Positions 13,403-26,711 of a stretch of DNA of 64,000 bases are shown one piece after another. The stretch's first letter is position 1. Every line of letters begins with the position of its first letter. A program made the translations under genes and the position numbers. The stretch is from Lama glama (lineage: Eukaryota): the NCBI GenBank assembly GCA_028534125.1, contig CM052817.1:99574001-99638000 (forward strand), written 5' to 3'. The notes under the pieces are model-generated. The model worked only from the letters and a program-made list of their open reading frames with translations. It searched no databases and was not told the DNA's origin.

Positions 13403-13529
13403 CTGCGAAGTGAAGAATGAAGATTTTAGACACCTGTGGGCAATAGCCAAAGTGTTAACAGTCTCACTGTTCTTATCCTTGAACTTCATTTAAAACTAAA
13501 ATGCAAAAGATCATGTGGTATTTATTCAC

Positions 13530-13668
13530 CTCAGCAGGAACCAGCTCACTGGGCCTCCACGGGCCTGCTGCAGAAGACGGGGGAATTCCCAGTCCTGGAG
13601 GTGGTGCTCCTGGAAACCACGAGGCCGGCCTCAGTGGCTCGGCTGCCACAATGGTGATCTCCGGGCGC
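13530..13668 (-). CDS. SH3D19: SH3D19 exon E5 (139 nt, phase 2->0): RPEITIVAAEPLRPASWFPGAPPPGLGIPPSSAAGPWRPSELVPAE
   Basis: tctgtctgccag|GCGCCCG...GCTGAG|gtgaat; lies within ORF 13473..13760. Confidence 0.93.
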
Positions 13669-15239
13669 CTGGCAGACAGAAGCCTCAGTGAGGGTTTGCG
13701 GTTTGGTAACAAGCTGTCGTCTACTTGCAAATGTTCAAAGATCGAGAAAATAACTACCACCCAAAAAAGGTTACAGAAGAACTGCCGTAGTCACAGAATG
13801 ACCTGTCTGGCCTGGGCTGTCTCTCTCAGCACACCCAGGCAGGCTTCCAGAGAGCAGATGACAGTCATCCTCCACGACACTGGCCTCCGAAAGCTAGAGA
13901 TGTACCCTGAGCGCACTTCGCTCTGCCTTGGTTGGTAAGAATAAGGACTAAGACCCGTACAGTCCCTCCCTTCCAGGGCTCTGCGATGTAGCCTAGAGCC
14001 CAGACAAGGAGTTACCTTAAGGGGGCAAAGGGCACTGGTCAAAGAAAAGATTTCGTTTTCTGTTGTTATAAAGTACGTACTCTGAAATGATGCCATGTAA
14101 TTAGAACAGCCCCTTCCTCCTCACTCAACCTCTCTCACATTCAGAGTTATCTCTAAGTGTTTAGAGTTTACACGTTCACTTACAGACCCTGATGTGTGTG
14201 TCCGTGTTCCTGGTCAGTCTGTATCCGAACCTGATGACTCACCTTCAATACTGAGGAGCCATAGTTATGTGTGACTTCTTTCATCATTTCCTTAACCTGA
14301 TTCTACGGTCTCATATTTAAAGGTTTACTTTCAACCTGATTTCCTAACAAATACCAGCTGTGTGACTCTGAGCATACCCAGCCAACCTCTCTGAGCCTCA
14401 CTTTTCTCATCTAACAAACAGGTATGATGATACCTGCTCTGCTTTTCTCTAGTAGTCTACGGAAAATAAAAATAAAAATAAAAATTAAAAAGCACTGCTA
14501 TTATCAAAACTGTGCCTGTATACACATTCTCATGCTAGCTTGTGAAACAGCAGAACCTGCCCATTGATTACATTTGAATTGTATTACCTAAGAACCTCTG
14601 CTTATGGCTGTCTAAAGGCTAAATAACAAGAATTATTTATTAGCACAAAGGAGTATATGTGTGTGGGTGGGGAGGGCTATGTGCGAACTCTGTATTTTCA
14701 GCTCAATTCTGTTGTGAACCTGAAATTACTCTAAAAGAATAAAGTCTATTTAAAAAAAAAGAATACATACTTTTGGCATGAGAAAAATGATTAAACAAAG
14801 TTATAGGATCATATCACAAATATTATTTAAGCACTCAAAGTCATATATTAGAAGAAACTGCACTGACAAAGGGAAATACAATTATAAGGTCTAATTACAG
14901 GGAGAAGCAGGGTTCTGAGATGTATGTACAGAATCTAGTTACCTATCTTCATAATCTGAAATGTACTATTCAAAGTTATTAATTGTTGCTGTCTTTACAT
15001 AGGAGGGTGAATAAGCTGTTTTATTCTTTATGTTTTTCTTGGTTGTCTGATATTTTCTGTAATGAGCGTGTATTATATTCAGAGTTAGAAAAATTGTTTC
15101 ACAAATTGCATTTAGCCAATCCCCTCTTAAAACACTGTGCTAAGTGTGCCACATTGAATTTACTTTCAGTCTCTGGAATCCAAGTGAGGCATTCCAATTT
15201 TTATATAGCTTTTATCTAACTAAATAATGCAATACTAGT

Positions 15240-15440
15240 TAATAAATGTTAACCACTATATACACATTAACCCTTAAGGACAATCGTACAAGGTATGATA
15301 TGTACTATTTCAAAGATAGGAATATAGAGGCTAAGAAAGGTTAAGGAGTTTGTCCAAGGTCACGTGGTGAGAAAGTGAGGCTGGGATTTGAACTTGGTTA
15401 TGTCTGACTCCAAAAGTCCTTGTTCTTCACTACTGTATAA
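15240..15440. mobile_element. MIR SINE
   Basis: gaggctaagaaaggttaaggagtttgtccaaggtcac...gggatttgaac...tctgactccaaa. Confidence 0.7.
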
Positions 15441-16029
15441 GAAATTTGAGAGCAGGGACCATGTCTTCTAGAAATCTATCCTATTTATCGACCTGTTCAC
15501 CTTTGCATCCATTCTGCCATCTGTCTGTCTATTGGTCCCTCCTTCTATCTATCCAATGACTCGCTCCCCCCGGTCCCCTCCGTCCTTCCCTCTAACCAGA
15601 CATCTAGCCATTTTTATTGGTTCAGCTATCCGTATAGCCTGCCTGACTCTTTTCCTTTCTTTATCCAATTTTCTATCCTGTCATCAGTTCTTACATCCAT
15701 ATGACATTTACTAAGTAGCTGTGAGGTCCAAAGCATTTCTCTGCAGCAACCACAACAATGCTTTCCATATAGCAATTGCTCAGTAAACATTTGAAAATTG
15801 AGTGCAATAAATAATTACTGTCAAAAGGGCATTATCAAGCTTGTGCTGCTGCTTCTCTCAAGCAAAATCTTCATCATTTAAACTTAAAGACAAATTCATA
15901 AAACGTATCAGTGAGGCAGGACACTGTAATACACTGCTTATGAGAGAAATATTTAACTTGCTAACTGATGACACAATTTTACTTCACAATTATCAGAATA
16001 TATGTCTTCTATTATAAACAGAATCATAC

Positions 16030-16072
16030 CTCCTATCTCGATGAAGCTCACTCTGAATAGAAGTCCGAGAAG
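16030..16072 (-). CDS. SH3D19: SH3D19 exon E4b (43 nt, phase 1->2): (S)SRTSIQSELHRDR(R)
   Basis: ttttttcttttatag|CTTCTCGGACT...GATAGGAG|gtatga, with branch-like tactaat upstream; matches the recalled protein. Confidence 0.92.
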
Positions 16073-17453
16073 CTATAAAAGAAAAAATAAACTGATATAG
16101 TACAAAATTAGTACATTCAATAGAGGTTTAAATTTTTATATGATATACTATTCGAAAAAGTTAGCTTATACTTGACATCAGATAGAATGTATGAATTTTA
16201 ACACCCTTAAGTAGAAAAGCAAATCAAAAGGATCTTTTCATATGGCCTAAAGTTAATTACAGGGATATATTTGAATTGCATGAAAAAAGACAGATTTCAA
16301 AAACTCCCCAAAGCACATTCTGTGGTTCTGAAAATAAGCTGAAGAATGAACAGAGAAAAGAAGACAGCTATTAAATAGAAAATGTATGGTGAAAGCATTA
16401 TGATGACATGAATTAACAATGGGCAGAAAAAAAATTTTTAAGTATCTCTTCTAATCCATGTGACTCTACTTTTGTAATGTTTGTTTATAACTCTACTGTA
16501 AAGAGAGTGGATGTGGTCAAATTTTCATCTACTTTTTAATTTTCCTGGAGTTTTACAAGCTTTAAGTTGTTTCATTGCTTAAATTAAGAGAGTATAATAA
16601 TAAATGCAAAAAGTATTCAAATCTCTTTTATAAACATGTTTCTAGCAGACAGTATTATTGTACATTCAGCACTAACTTTTCCCTTAAACCTCGAACTCAA
16701 AAATCTAGATGGTTTAAATTTTTTCCAAATTTTATTTTAAAATTATGTCTTAATCAGACAACAATCAGACATAATTTATTTTAAAATTATGTCTTAATAC
16801 GTCACATATGGGGTCACATATTTACATATAAGTGTAATGCAGAAAAGTATCCCTATTTTAAGGAGCACATTCTAAGGATATCTTGTAAAAAGTCTTCAAA
16901 TACTATGCTGTAAAGATTTGTGGACAAAGGGGAGTTTGTTTTAGATATAAACTATTTCTACCTTCGTTTCTCTCCAACACTCTATCAATTCTTCTGATTC
17001 AGAAAGGTTGAAGGTATGAATTTTCCCTTTCTTCTTCCTATTAACTTCTGGCTCTCTCTGAACAAGGAGACTGCCAAGACTGGGCAGGCTGGGGTGGAGA
17101 TGGCAGGTGGGGATAGAAGTTAGGCTGGGGCTGGAGCGGTGGCAGCGGAACCTACGTGAGGTTAGCAAAGCAAACTCAACATCTGAAACCCAAACCCCCG
17201 GATCTTGAGTTGGAGGATGTTCTGGCTTGACTGGTACATTTTTATCAAGAGTTAAGCCAAGTCAAGGTGCATTTTATCTATCAGAATAAAAGAAGACAGA
17301 GAGGCTTTAGCTCTGAGTGGCACAGCTGATTTGTAAGGTTTCATTAAGTTAGAGGCTCACCGAGTGTGCTACAATCACATTACCACCATCACTAAAGCAG
17401 AATCAGCAGACACAGCACTTTTAAAAGCCATCATGTTATTATTACAAACATAC

Positions 17454-17493
17454 CTCTTCCACGGGGCATTTTGCTGTGCACTATTCATGAGTG
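17454..17493 (-). CDS. SH3D19: Candidate alternative exon E4a (40 nt, phase 1->2): (S)LMNSAQQNAPWK(R)
   Basis: ccccttctttttttcccttag|CACTCATGAATAGT...TGGAAGAG|gtatgt; no stop in the frame entered from E3; same phases as E4b. Confidence 0.7.
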
Positions 17494-19689
17494 CTAAGGG
17501 AAAAAAAGAAGGGGTTACAGAAGAGGAAAGGGAGAAAAAAGAGTGAACCCAGTTGCCTAAATTCTAACAGGAATTCAGGAGCAAAACTGTCTTGCCATGC
17601 CACTGTTTCTCCCCACTCTGCACTTCGATGGAAAGGAAAGGTTGATGAAACATAGTTTCAGAGAGTAAAGAAATATGTTGCAAACGAAGATATGTCCACA
17701 CACATAACCACAGTAAAAAAAGAAAATTTCCTACAGTTTTTAACAACAGTGAAAAAAAAAAATCTAAAACCCATTTTGCAAAATCAATCTGCTACTTCAA
17801 TAGGGATCAATTTTTCAAGTATGAATAATATTTAAAAGGTAATTCAGTAGACAATTTACATCTTTTAAATCAGTGGCTTTTCACTTGATTCAGCCCCTTC
17901 ACACCAGAGGCATTAGTAACAGCGTCCTTGGTTAGCAGAGTGGAAGTCCCGCACTGGATGTAGCCGAATGAGGGGAGAGAAGGTCTCCTAGTCATACTTA
18001 CAGTTCTCTACACATCCGTGCACTATCACTACTCTCCCCTCTGCTGCTCCGAATTTAAAATTTTTTTTCTCACGTTCACTCATCTTGGAAATCTCTTTTC
18101 TCTCTTGATCCTTACAGAGTGACTGGTACTTTGTGTCAGGATTGAACAAGTTTAACAGCTAGAAATCCTTTAGATTTTCACACAGCATCTCACACTCTTC
18201 CTGCTAACTTCTCAACTATCTGCCTAATCTCATTCTCACTTTCTCAGATTAAACAGATTTGATGTAGGTGTTGCCAGAAGAGTCAAATCTTCGACCACAT
18301 AGGCCAACATGCTCCTTTTTAACCCGTGCCACAAACTGCCAGTCTTCCATGCATTTTGGATTAAGGCCACAGAATAAAGGCAATACTTTAGGTGAAAGTT
18401 ATATCATTTTACAGAATTATTTTCAAACTTTCCTAGTTCATATGTTTAAATTCTAAATATAAGACAAATTCATATTCAGCTGTTTATAAAAGATTGAGAT
18501 CTGGATTTGCAGTATTAGCACTAATAAAGAATTTTCCTAAGTTTCCATAGGACTGTAAGCCTGGAAGGACCCTCAGTGATCATCCTGCTCCAACCTGACA
18601 GATGAGGAGACTAAGATCAGAGAGGGTCAGTGAATTATCCCACCTCACACAGCTCACTACGGGAAAGGCTGGGAGCAGTTTGCTTCTTGAAGCAGTTAGA
18701 CTCCTTGTGGAGCCAGGAGAGCTGGATGGTAGTCTTAATTCTAAATAATTCGAAATTATCAATTAGATGATGGTCAGAAGAAATAAAGACATAGAAGGAT
18801 TATTATACTACAGGCATCCTTGTTATAGTTCTCACCAATGAAAATCACAATGGTAAAAACAACTCATTAAATACATTTGCTTGGGACAGGGTATGAGCTG
18901 GAGGCTTCTGGCATGACAACAATAACATCCCTGGAGCGGAAAGCTGAAAATGGCCTTGGAGTCAGGAGGCCTAGGCTCACATCTCAGATCCACCTTGTAA
19001 GGCCACTTAACCTCTGGCACTTGGTGTCCCCGCCATCTGTAAAGTGGGGTTAACATCCACCATGCAGAGCACTATTTTATAATGTAAGGGGACAGTTCCC
19101 GACTCACAGTTGGCAATGAGTATTAGCTAAATCTGAATTTCAAAGAATAATTTTCTCTTAAAAAGTCAATAAAAGGAAAAGCCTGACCTGCCAGGTATAT
19201 CCAATTAGAAAACATTTAAAATCGTTACCCAAAATATTTCAGGCTTTCCAGAACGAATACAAAAAGAAGGATCTCAAGCCTCCACCGGAACAAGAATCAT
19301 TATGACAGAATTTAAAACATGATCAGTTATGGAATATTGCTTTCAAATGTGATAGTCTTCTTCCCTGCTAAGGACAGATGACGGAGTCTGGGATAGTAAA
19401 GCAAACATTTCAGTGGGTTGAGCAAGACAAAATTTGCTCACAACATTTCCTACAGAAGGGGCATAGGGGGGATAAGGGGGGTGAAGACACAGCTATTCCC
19501 CGTTCTGTGTTTGTGTGGGCTGTTTGGCCTTACTGCGTGAACATCAGGGGTAAATGCAGCCAATAAACCCTTCACTCTGTACACAAAGTGAGTGACGTGT
19601 AAGAATTAAGACAACTGGGTTATTATCTGTTTTTAAAGACAGCTCAAAGTTTCCCTTTGTTTCACCTCCTCCTCCCTCTGCCTGCAGGG

Positions 19690-20720
19690 ACCCTGCTTCA
19701 CCATTTCCTCTCCTCTCCTGCTCCAGTCCGGCCTCTCCACTGGCTCCTTCCCCGCGGCCTACAAACGTCGCCAGGCTTCCTCACCCTATAAACACGGTCA
19801 AATTTCCTCTCTGCTTGACCCTTCTTCCTTCTCAGGCCTCCCTTGTCCTGTTTATCAGCAAATTTCATGAGAGAGTCACCTACCCCAGTGTCCAAACCTC
19901 ACGTGTTCCATTCATTGTTGAAATGAAGTCTGGCTTCCAACCTCAGTGTTCTCCTGAAACCGCCTGCTTAAAGGTCACTGCTGACCTCCTAAGTGCCACA
20001 CACAATGACCTATTCTCAGCCACCTGTCACCTCACCTACTGCAGCATTAAGAGCTATCTGTGGTTCGCTCATTCTTTTTGAAAACCTCTCCTCCCTTGAC
20101 CTCTAACACACGGCTGTCTCCTAGTTTTCTTTGACTCCGATCATTCTTTCTCTGCCTTTTTGATCCACTATTCCTTAGCTGCCTCCTCTTAAGCCTTGCA
20201 CAGCACAGGGGCCAAGGGGTAAGCAGGATCCATCGTGGAAGATCTACGGGAAGTCACACACAGATTATAATCCCCAACAAAGAGGTCCTGAAACCCAAGA
20301 GGGAGGAGAGGTGAGAAGCCAGAGTACAAAGGCAGGAGCCAGCAAACAGGACCCCGGGAGAGGAGGCCCTCCTCCCCAGCAGGGCTGGTGCTGGTGCTGG
20401 GTTTTCCGGTCTTGCCTCTTTTACCCTATTGAAGCTGAAAGGCACTGCTTGACCTCGGTCATCCATACTTCCTAAGATTCTGTCTTTTGTCACCCTTCTC
20501 TGTTCTCAGCACTTTCTCCCTAAATATTTAGCTACTCCCAGGGCTTTGTCTATAACCTTAATTACTCCAAATTATATCTTCAGCAAGAAATTCTTGCCTA
20601 ATTTCCAAGCCCTAGTTTCCTTTTTAAATTCCTTTCCTGCTCCTTCTCCCCACTTTCCCTCATGAGCTCTTAGTCACGTAAAGCCATCATGAATTGTTCA
20701 TGTTCACAGATGAATTCTCA
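19690..20720 (+). mobile_element. L2 remnant
   Basis: gtctggcttccaacctca...ctgaaaccgcctgcttaaaggtcactgctgacctcctaagtgcca. Confidence 0.65.
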
Positions 20721-21674
20721 TTAGCATACACTGTGGCATTCCCACACCTTTATAATTCACCACCTCCAACCAAAAACTAAACGTGGGGAAGCGTGGAACA
20801 TCCTTCTGTATTGCCACCCTACAAATTTTTCACTGCAATGGCTCAAATGCATGCTCTTCACACCTGTGGATACCCTAAATTCATGCTAAATATTGTAAGT
20901 TATGTTTCTAAAAATAGGATACATTCTCCTCAGGGTGGTGACCTCAGCTCAAATAATGCGAAGAACATTTAAAATCCCTTTCTTATTTTTTATAACAGGT
21001 AATCCAAGTTCTATTTGGAAAAAGGATGTTTGCAGAGCCTTTTATTAAAAAGAATGTTGAAATCCTGCCACCAAGAGCTTTAAAGCTTTAAAGAGGTAAA
21101 GTAAGAAAGTATGAATGCACCACGTTAGAGAGAATTCTGTTGTAGCACTTCTATAATGCATGTGGTGGAAGTGTGAGCCAGTCTCCACAAGCATTTATAT
21201 AGTCAAATATTGGGATATTTAATCAAATAAAATAAACATTTATACAGTTAGATACTGGAAGTAAGTGAATAAAAAGGGATGGGGTTTGATATTTTTGAAA
21301 CCTATCAGATGTCTCTTAACTATAGAAAATGGTTACATACAACTTAACGTTAGATCACTAAAACTGACTAGGTAATACAGGTTTTTTGTTTTTTTTTTTT
21401 AACACTTTTATTGTGGTGATTACAGGGCTTTTTAAAAACAGCTTAGTTCTCTAGGAGAGAAATATTATTCTGAGGAACTGGCTTATCAATAAATGAAAAT
21501 TGAAAAGAATGTTGAAAAACTAGCTGCTTGTGTAAGATGGTTTATTACTCCTTAGGAGAAGCTACTCATCTGATTCTTTGTAAGATTCATCAAATACAGC
21601 CACTTGCTGGAAATCTAAATCATCACTTTAAATTATTACAGAGGAAAATACAAAGCAGGAAAAAACAAACTTAC

Positions 21675-21715
21675 ATCTCTTGATTACTGCTCTAATGGAT
21701 GACAAGGGTCCTTGG
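21675..21715 (-). CDS. SH3D19: SH3D19 exon E3 (41 nt, phase 2->1): (S)QGPLSSIRAVIKR(S)
   Basis: Poly-T tract ...ttttttctag|CCAAGGACCC...AAGAGAT|gtaagt; in frame with E2. Confidence 0.92.
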
Positions 21716-23141
21716 CTAGAAAAAAAAAAAGAAAGAAAAGCTGTTACACACTCATTAATCCTTTTAAAGAAGGATCATTTATAATGCCAGGTCATTTTGG
21801 GGACTCAAATGGCACCAAGCAGCAAGTTTGGTCTATCCTATTTACAAGACGTGAATTTAAGAATCTTTAAAATTGCCTTTGGTATTTAATATGCTTTATG
21901 GGAACTGAGGAGGCTGGTGAAGTGAGTCTGCATGTAAATTTAAAATTGCTTTCACAGCTTCCTACATACTGAGTCTTCCAGTGGACACCACTGGAAGTCA
22001 GGTAGCAATTATATGGTGCTCAAAAGAATTCTGACCCTTTATATCTCTTTTGTGTTTGACATCAGAATTCCTGCCTTCTCTTATCAGATCAAAATAGGTC
22101 ACTTTTATAATCAATTTGACCTAAAGGACCAACAGCATTCCTCCCTAAGATCAGAATTAAAAACATCACCACCTAAAAAAAAATCTTTTGCCTGCTTCAA
22201 CTTTTGTTCAATAGCTGGTTGGTCCTGGCTGCCTCCGACTGTGTGACCTTGGGCAAGTAACAGAACCCTTCTGAGCCTCACCTTACTCACTGGTCAAAAC
22301 TCACCAGCTGCAAAGGTTAATGCTACTAGTTTGTGAGGCTGTTTGTTCATCTGATTTTTGTCTTTATTCAAAACAGATGGAATAATTATTTTTGGAATCA
22401 TTTAGAAAAAATATGCAACCATGAAAGTTTAATGATATGATTTAGAAAGAAAGCTTGTTTATAAAATTCTTTATTTTTTTTCAGAATGCTCTTTTAAATT
22501 TTATACTTATTTTTGAATTTATGCTCTTTTAAAATCTATGCTTATGGTCATCTGGATAAATCCTCTTGCTGTTCCTTAGGTAGATAAGAAAAAACTTCAG
22601 GAAGATACAATGATACATAGTTTATTTTATGAGAGGGGACCCTTTAGAACATACTGTTCTGACAGACAAGAAAAAATTAAGCTGCAAGTGGTCTTCAGTA
22701 TCATGAAGCTAGGACCGTAATATAAAATATAGATATTTTCAGCAACACTTTCTTTTAAATAAAAAAAAAGTTTTTAAAGGCTTTCTGTAAACAACTACCT
22801 GAAAAAAATTTAGTATCAGGTAATATAGAGGAGGTAACAGCACTAAAACACAAGTAGGTGGACCGAAGTGTTCAGAGGAAGCTTCTTGGTGCAAAAGTGG
22901 AGAGATTCCATGTGTTAATATTATGTTGACGCAGGTACAGTAATTAAAAGGATTAGAGTCAGTACTTAGAGCCAAAAGCCAGCCTCCTATGTGTCTAGGA
23001 AGAATATAAGAGATTTTATTGAATGTCTCCATTCAGTAGTCTCCTTACTCAGTACCACTGATTTGATGGGATGTCGTCACACTCTTTGCTACCTCTGTGA
23101 AGGAGACAGGCGTACTGACTGGGGTGGAACACGGTGGGGGG

Positions 23142-23606
23142 TGTTTGGGTTGAATTGCTTCCCCTCCAAAAAAGACACGTTGAAGCCCTCAGCTCTAGTA
23201 CTTCAGCATGTGACCTTATTTGGAAACAGGGCCAATACAGATAAAATTTCTACAGTAAAGAGAAAGTCATACTGGAGTGGGGCGGGCCTCTAGTTCTAAT
23301 GTGACTGGTGCACTTGGAAGACCATGTGGAGACAGAGATACACAGGGGCAGTGCCACGTGATGCCAGAGGCAGGAGGATGGGAGTGATGTGGCTGCAGGC
23401 CAAGGAATGCTGCCGACGGCCCACAGGCCCCAGAAGCCAAGAAGAGGCAAGGACGGACTCCTCTGTGGCTTTCAGAGGAAGCAGGACCCCACTGACAGGC
23501 TGGGTTTCAGACTTCTAGACTCCAGAGCCGTGAGACATTAATTTCTGTCACTGTAAGTCACCTAGTGTGTGGTACTTCGTTACGGCGGCCCCGGGAAACT
23601 AACACA
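23142..23606 (+). mobile_element. MaLR solo LTR (MLT1-type)
   Basis: tgtttgggttgaattg...gtgaccttatttggaaa...ttctagactccaga...ggaaactaacaca. Confidence 0.85.
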
Positions 23607-26149
23607 GGGTGGCCGTCCAGGGTGCTGAGTAGATGAGATAATTCATTGAGCTGTACACTTCGTGCACTTCTCTGTATGTTACACTTTAATAAAAGTTGTG
23701 TGTGGGGTTGGAAACCGTGGCACAAAATAGAATTTTGACTGAGGTCAGCTCAGGTTCTACAATTCTCAAGACTTGCAGCATCACTTTTAGGTTAGATTTA
23801 CAAACCAACCAAGCAACCAAGCAACCAAAATCTTCTGTCTGTAACGGCATTTCCCAAACTCTATAAAGTTTCCAGTTCTCCTTTAGAGGTTGACAGAGTT
23901 TATGGAAGGTAGAATGAAAAAGGAGGCCCATGATTAAGTATGTCTCAATGGGAAACAGTTTTGGGAGATGCTGGAGAAGCCTCCAGGCTGTGTGGTGCAC
24001 AGAATTTCTGTATCTCAAATGTAGCTGAGGATGCAAAAACCGTGGTTCTGAAGATGACTCTTCACGCCCATCCTTCTGCAGAGCCCAGGCTACAGGTGAA
24101 GGAACCACTCCACAGTCTTAAGAGAAAACCTTACAGACGGAAGTCCTCCCTCAACGTGAGCTCAGGCTCATGTCTCAGCTGGGAACAGCCAAACCAGATG
24201 GCCACCAGGGGGCAGTAGATGCAGCCACACAACCCCTGATTAGAGGAGGGGGCAGCAGACCTTGTTCTGGATCCAACAGCCCACATTCACTTCTGGTGCC
24301 TCTGCTTGCCAGCTGGTATGACTTTGTGCAAATTAAACTACTTAGCTTCTCCAAGGCCCCTGGTTTCCTCACATAAAAGCAAGGATAACCCACTTCCTTC
24401 ATGAGGTCGTTGTGAGGAGTCAGAGGGAGAATCCATTAATACATATGTGACATAGTGCCTGGAAAGAAGTGTGGGTTCAATAAATGTGAGCTGCTGTTAG
24501 CATGATTCATGTTTGTGCACAGTCTTTAGGGGGATCACAAAGCATCTGGTAACACATACAACCCTTGACAGCTTCTCATTTTGGGGTCTGATATAGATAG
24601 TAGGCCTAGCAGTTTCTGTTTTTAAAAGACTTTTTTCTTTGAAATTCACTTGGCTCTCTTCCGATTTCTGCTGTTCAGATGGAACCTGAGCTCAGGCCCC
24701 TTCACGACCAAACAAAGGGCTGTGAAACTGCATCTCTGCTCCATGCTAAATGCAGAAGCCTGTGTCCTGGCTCTTGACAGAGCTGACCCAGATCTTTTGC
24801 CTTCTGCTCTTCAAGTGCTGCTGCTCTATTATCAGGTGCCCTTGTTCCTGGTGTGGCAGATAAACCTGCTCCAGAGTATGAGAGTCAAAGAAACTTCCAG
24901 AAGGGAAATAAAAGGTTGGGGAAATGGCTTTCAGATACTGAGGAGGAGAACCAAAAGCCAGGGTCAAGACAGAACTGTCTCAGATATGACTGCCTGATGA
25001 TCCGTCTTCCTTCTGTCCCTTCGTCCACTCTCCCTCAGTAGCCCTTCTCGGGCTGTGCTGTAAGGTCACTCACTGTGTCTGCATATAACTTTACTTAGTT
25101 GTAAAGAAGGTGGTTTTAGGAAAGAAAACTGCATTTTAAAAACATTTCTTAACATAATGAATTTCTAATGATGAGATTTCAGCGACGTAGATGATGAGAA
25201 CAGCTTATTATTTTGTGTGCCAAACACAAAATCCATTTTGAAAATGAGGAGGAACTGAGGCTTAGAGGTTAGGGCTGCAGTCACACAGCTGGTAAGTGGC
25301 AGAGCCAGATGTGAATTCAGTACCGTCTGATTATAGTCCAAAAGTCCATAATTCACGCTTGGGTAGTTGGGTAAAAGTTTCCGGATGCTCCACAAAGTTC
25401 AATAGGTAGGCAAATACCCCTGGGCATAAAGCTGGCCCCTCAAATATCACGTCGGACTTTCATCCAGACTGTGCAGATACAGGGATGAGCAAAACAAAGG
25501 CTGGCAGGTGCAACACTGCACTGTTGTCAACAATGACAACAAAGCACAATGATCATTCTTAATCTCATCTAGGGAAATCCAATCTTTCTTTACATTTTGA
25601 ATTATGTTTTATTTATCATAATATGACAGAGTCTAAAAAATATTTATACAACTTTCAAAAAAGCAGCTTGTTTCCAACTGTAAATTCACCCCCCACTCCT
25701 CCCCTTGGTGAGGAAAAAATGATTTTCACAAATCTAGGAGTCGCTGGATTTGGTGTGTTTGGTACACAAATCAGAACAATGCCTGCAAGTGCCCACTGTC
25801 ATCATCACATCAGTTTTTGGAGTTCCTTCTATGTGCAGAGACAACTGAATATATTTTTTAAAATGCATTCTTTATAAAAATCCCTGATAAAGGGCATAAG
25901 CATATCATTAAAGAACCAGTCAATAAAGCCATTAGCTTAACAAGGAGTTAAACCAATGTGATCTAGAGGTGCAGCCCTCTAGTCAAGCTGATAAACACGC
26001 CAGTGCATATAAAGTTTATCCCCTTGTACAACCTTTTCCAAAGGCTCTCAACATTTGTATGGATTAATCTCCACCTCCCAGCAGAAAGTTTTAACTAGAT
26101 TGGTGTGATTTTTTCAGGCTAGAAGAGGTATTCTGCTTCATCCATTCTT

Positions 26150-26560
26150 TCAAACAGTAGTTATCACATGGGTGATATGTATGAGGCACCAGGAATGCCT
26201 TGAAAGCACAGATTCTAAACCCAGTGAGAAAGACAAATAGTGCAACTGCTTTTCTATTAACAGAACATATGGGTAGGCACAAGGAGCTATGGAAGCAGAG
26301 AAGGTATATATCATTTGATCTTGGGGTCTGAGGAAAGGCTCCCAACATGTGATACAGGTCTTCACTGAGACCTGAAAAATGTGTAAGAGGAAACGTTCTG
26401 AGGAGACAGTGTCAGATAGCATGTGCAAAAGGTCAGGAGTGAAGAGACAGCTGAGCTTTGTCTGAGTACAGCAAATGAAGAAGCCATCGTAAGAGATAAG
26501 GGATTGGAACCCAAATGCCACGCCAAAGGATGTGGGAACATGCTGTGCAGGGAAGTGTTG
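26150..26560 (-). mobile_element. L2 remnant
   Basis: cattctttcaaaca...ggggtctgaggaaaggcttccc...agcatgtgcaaaagg. Confidence 0.55.
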
Positions 26561-26711
26561 ATGCCAGGCGTGACCAGCTAGATTAAACACTAAGATCCAT
26601 GGGTCAGGGATATGACAGCAAAGTGTTTCAAAAGCAAGTAGGAATTTCTCTGGAGACCTCTCTGGAACAAGCACTGTTGACTGTAGCTGGTCTGTATGCA
26701 CCAGCCATGAT

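Noticed and set aside
13501..13938. 145-aa plus-strand ORF
   Set aside because: Antisense shadow of GC-rich exon E5.
14230..14260. Strong minus-strand donor AAG|gtgagt with possible 8-nt microexon
   Set aside because: Short pyrimidine tract, frame-breaking, and the donor coincides with an AP-1 motif (TGACTCA) that explains the sequence equally well.
26150..26701. 183-aa minus-strand ORF
   Set aside because: Overlaps a decayed L2; non-ATG start; likely chance.
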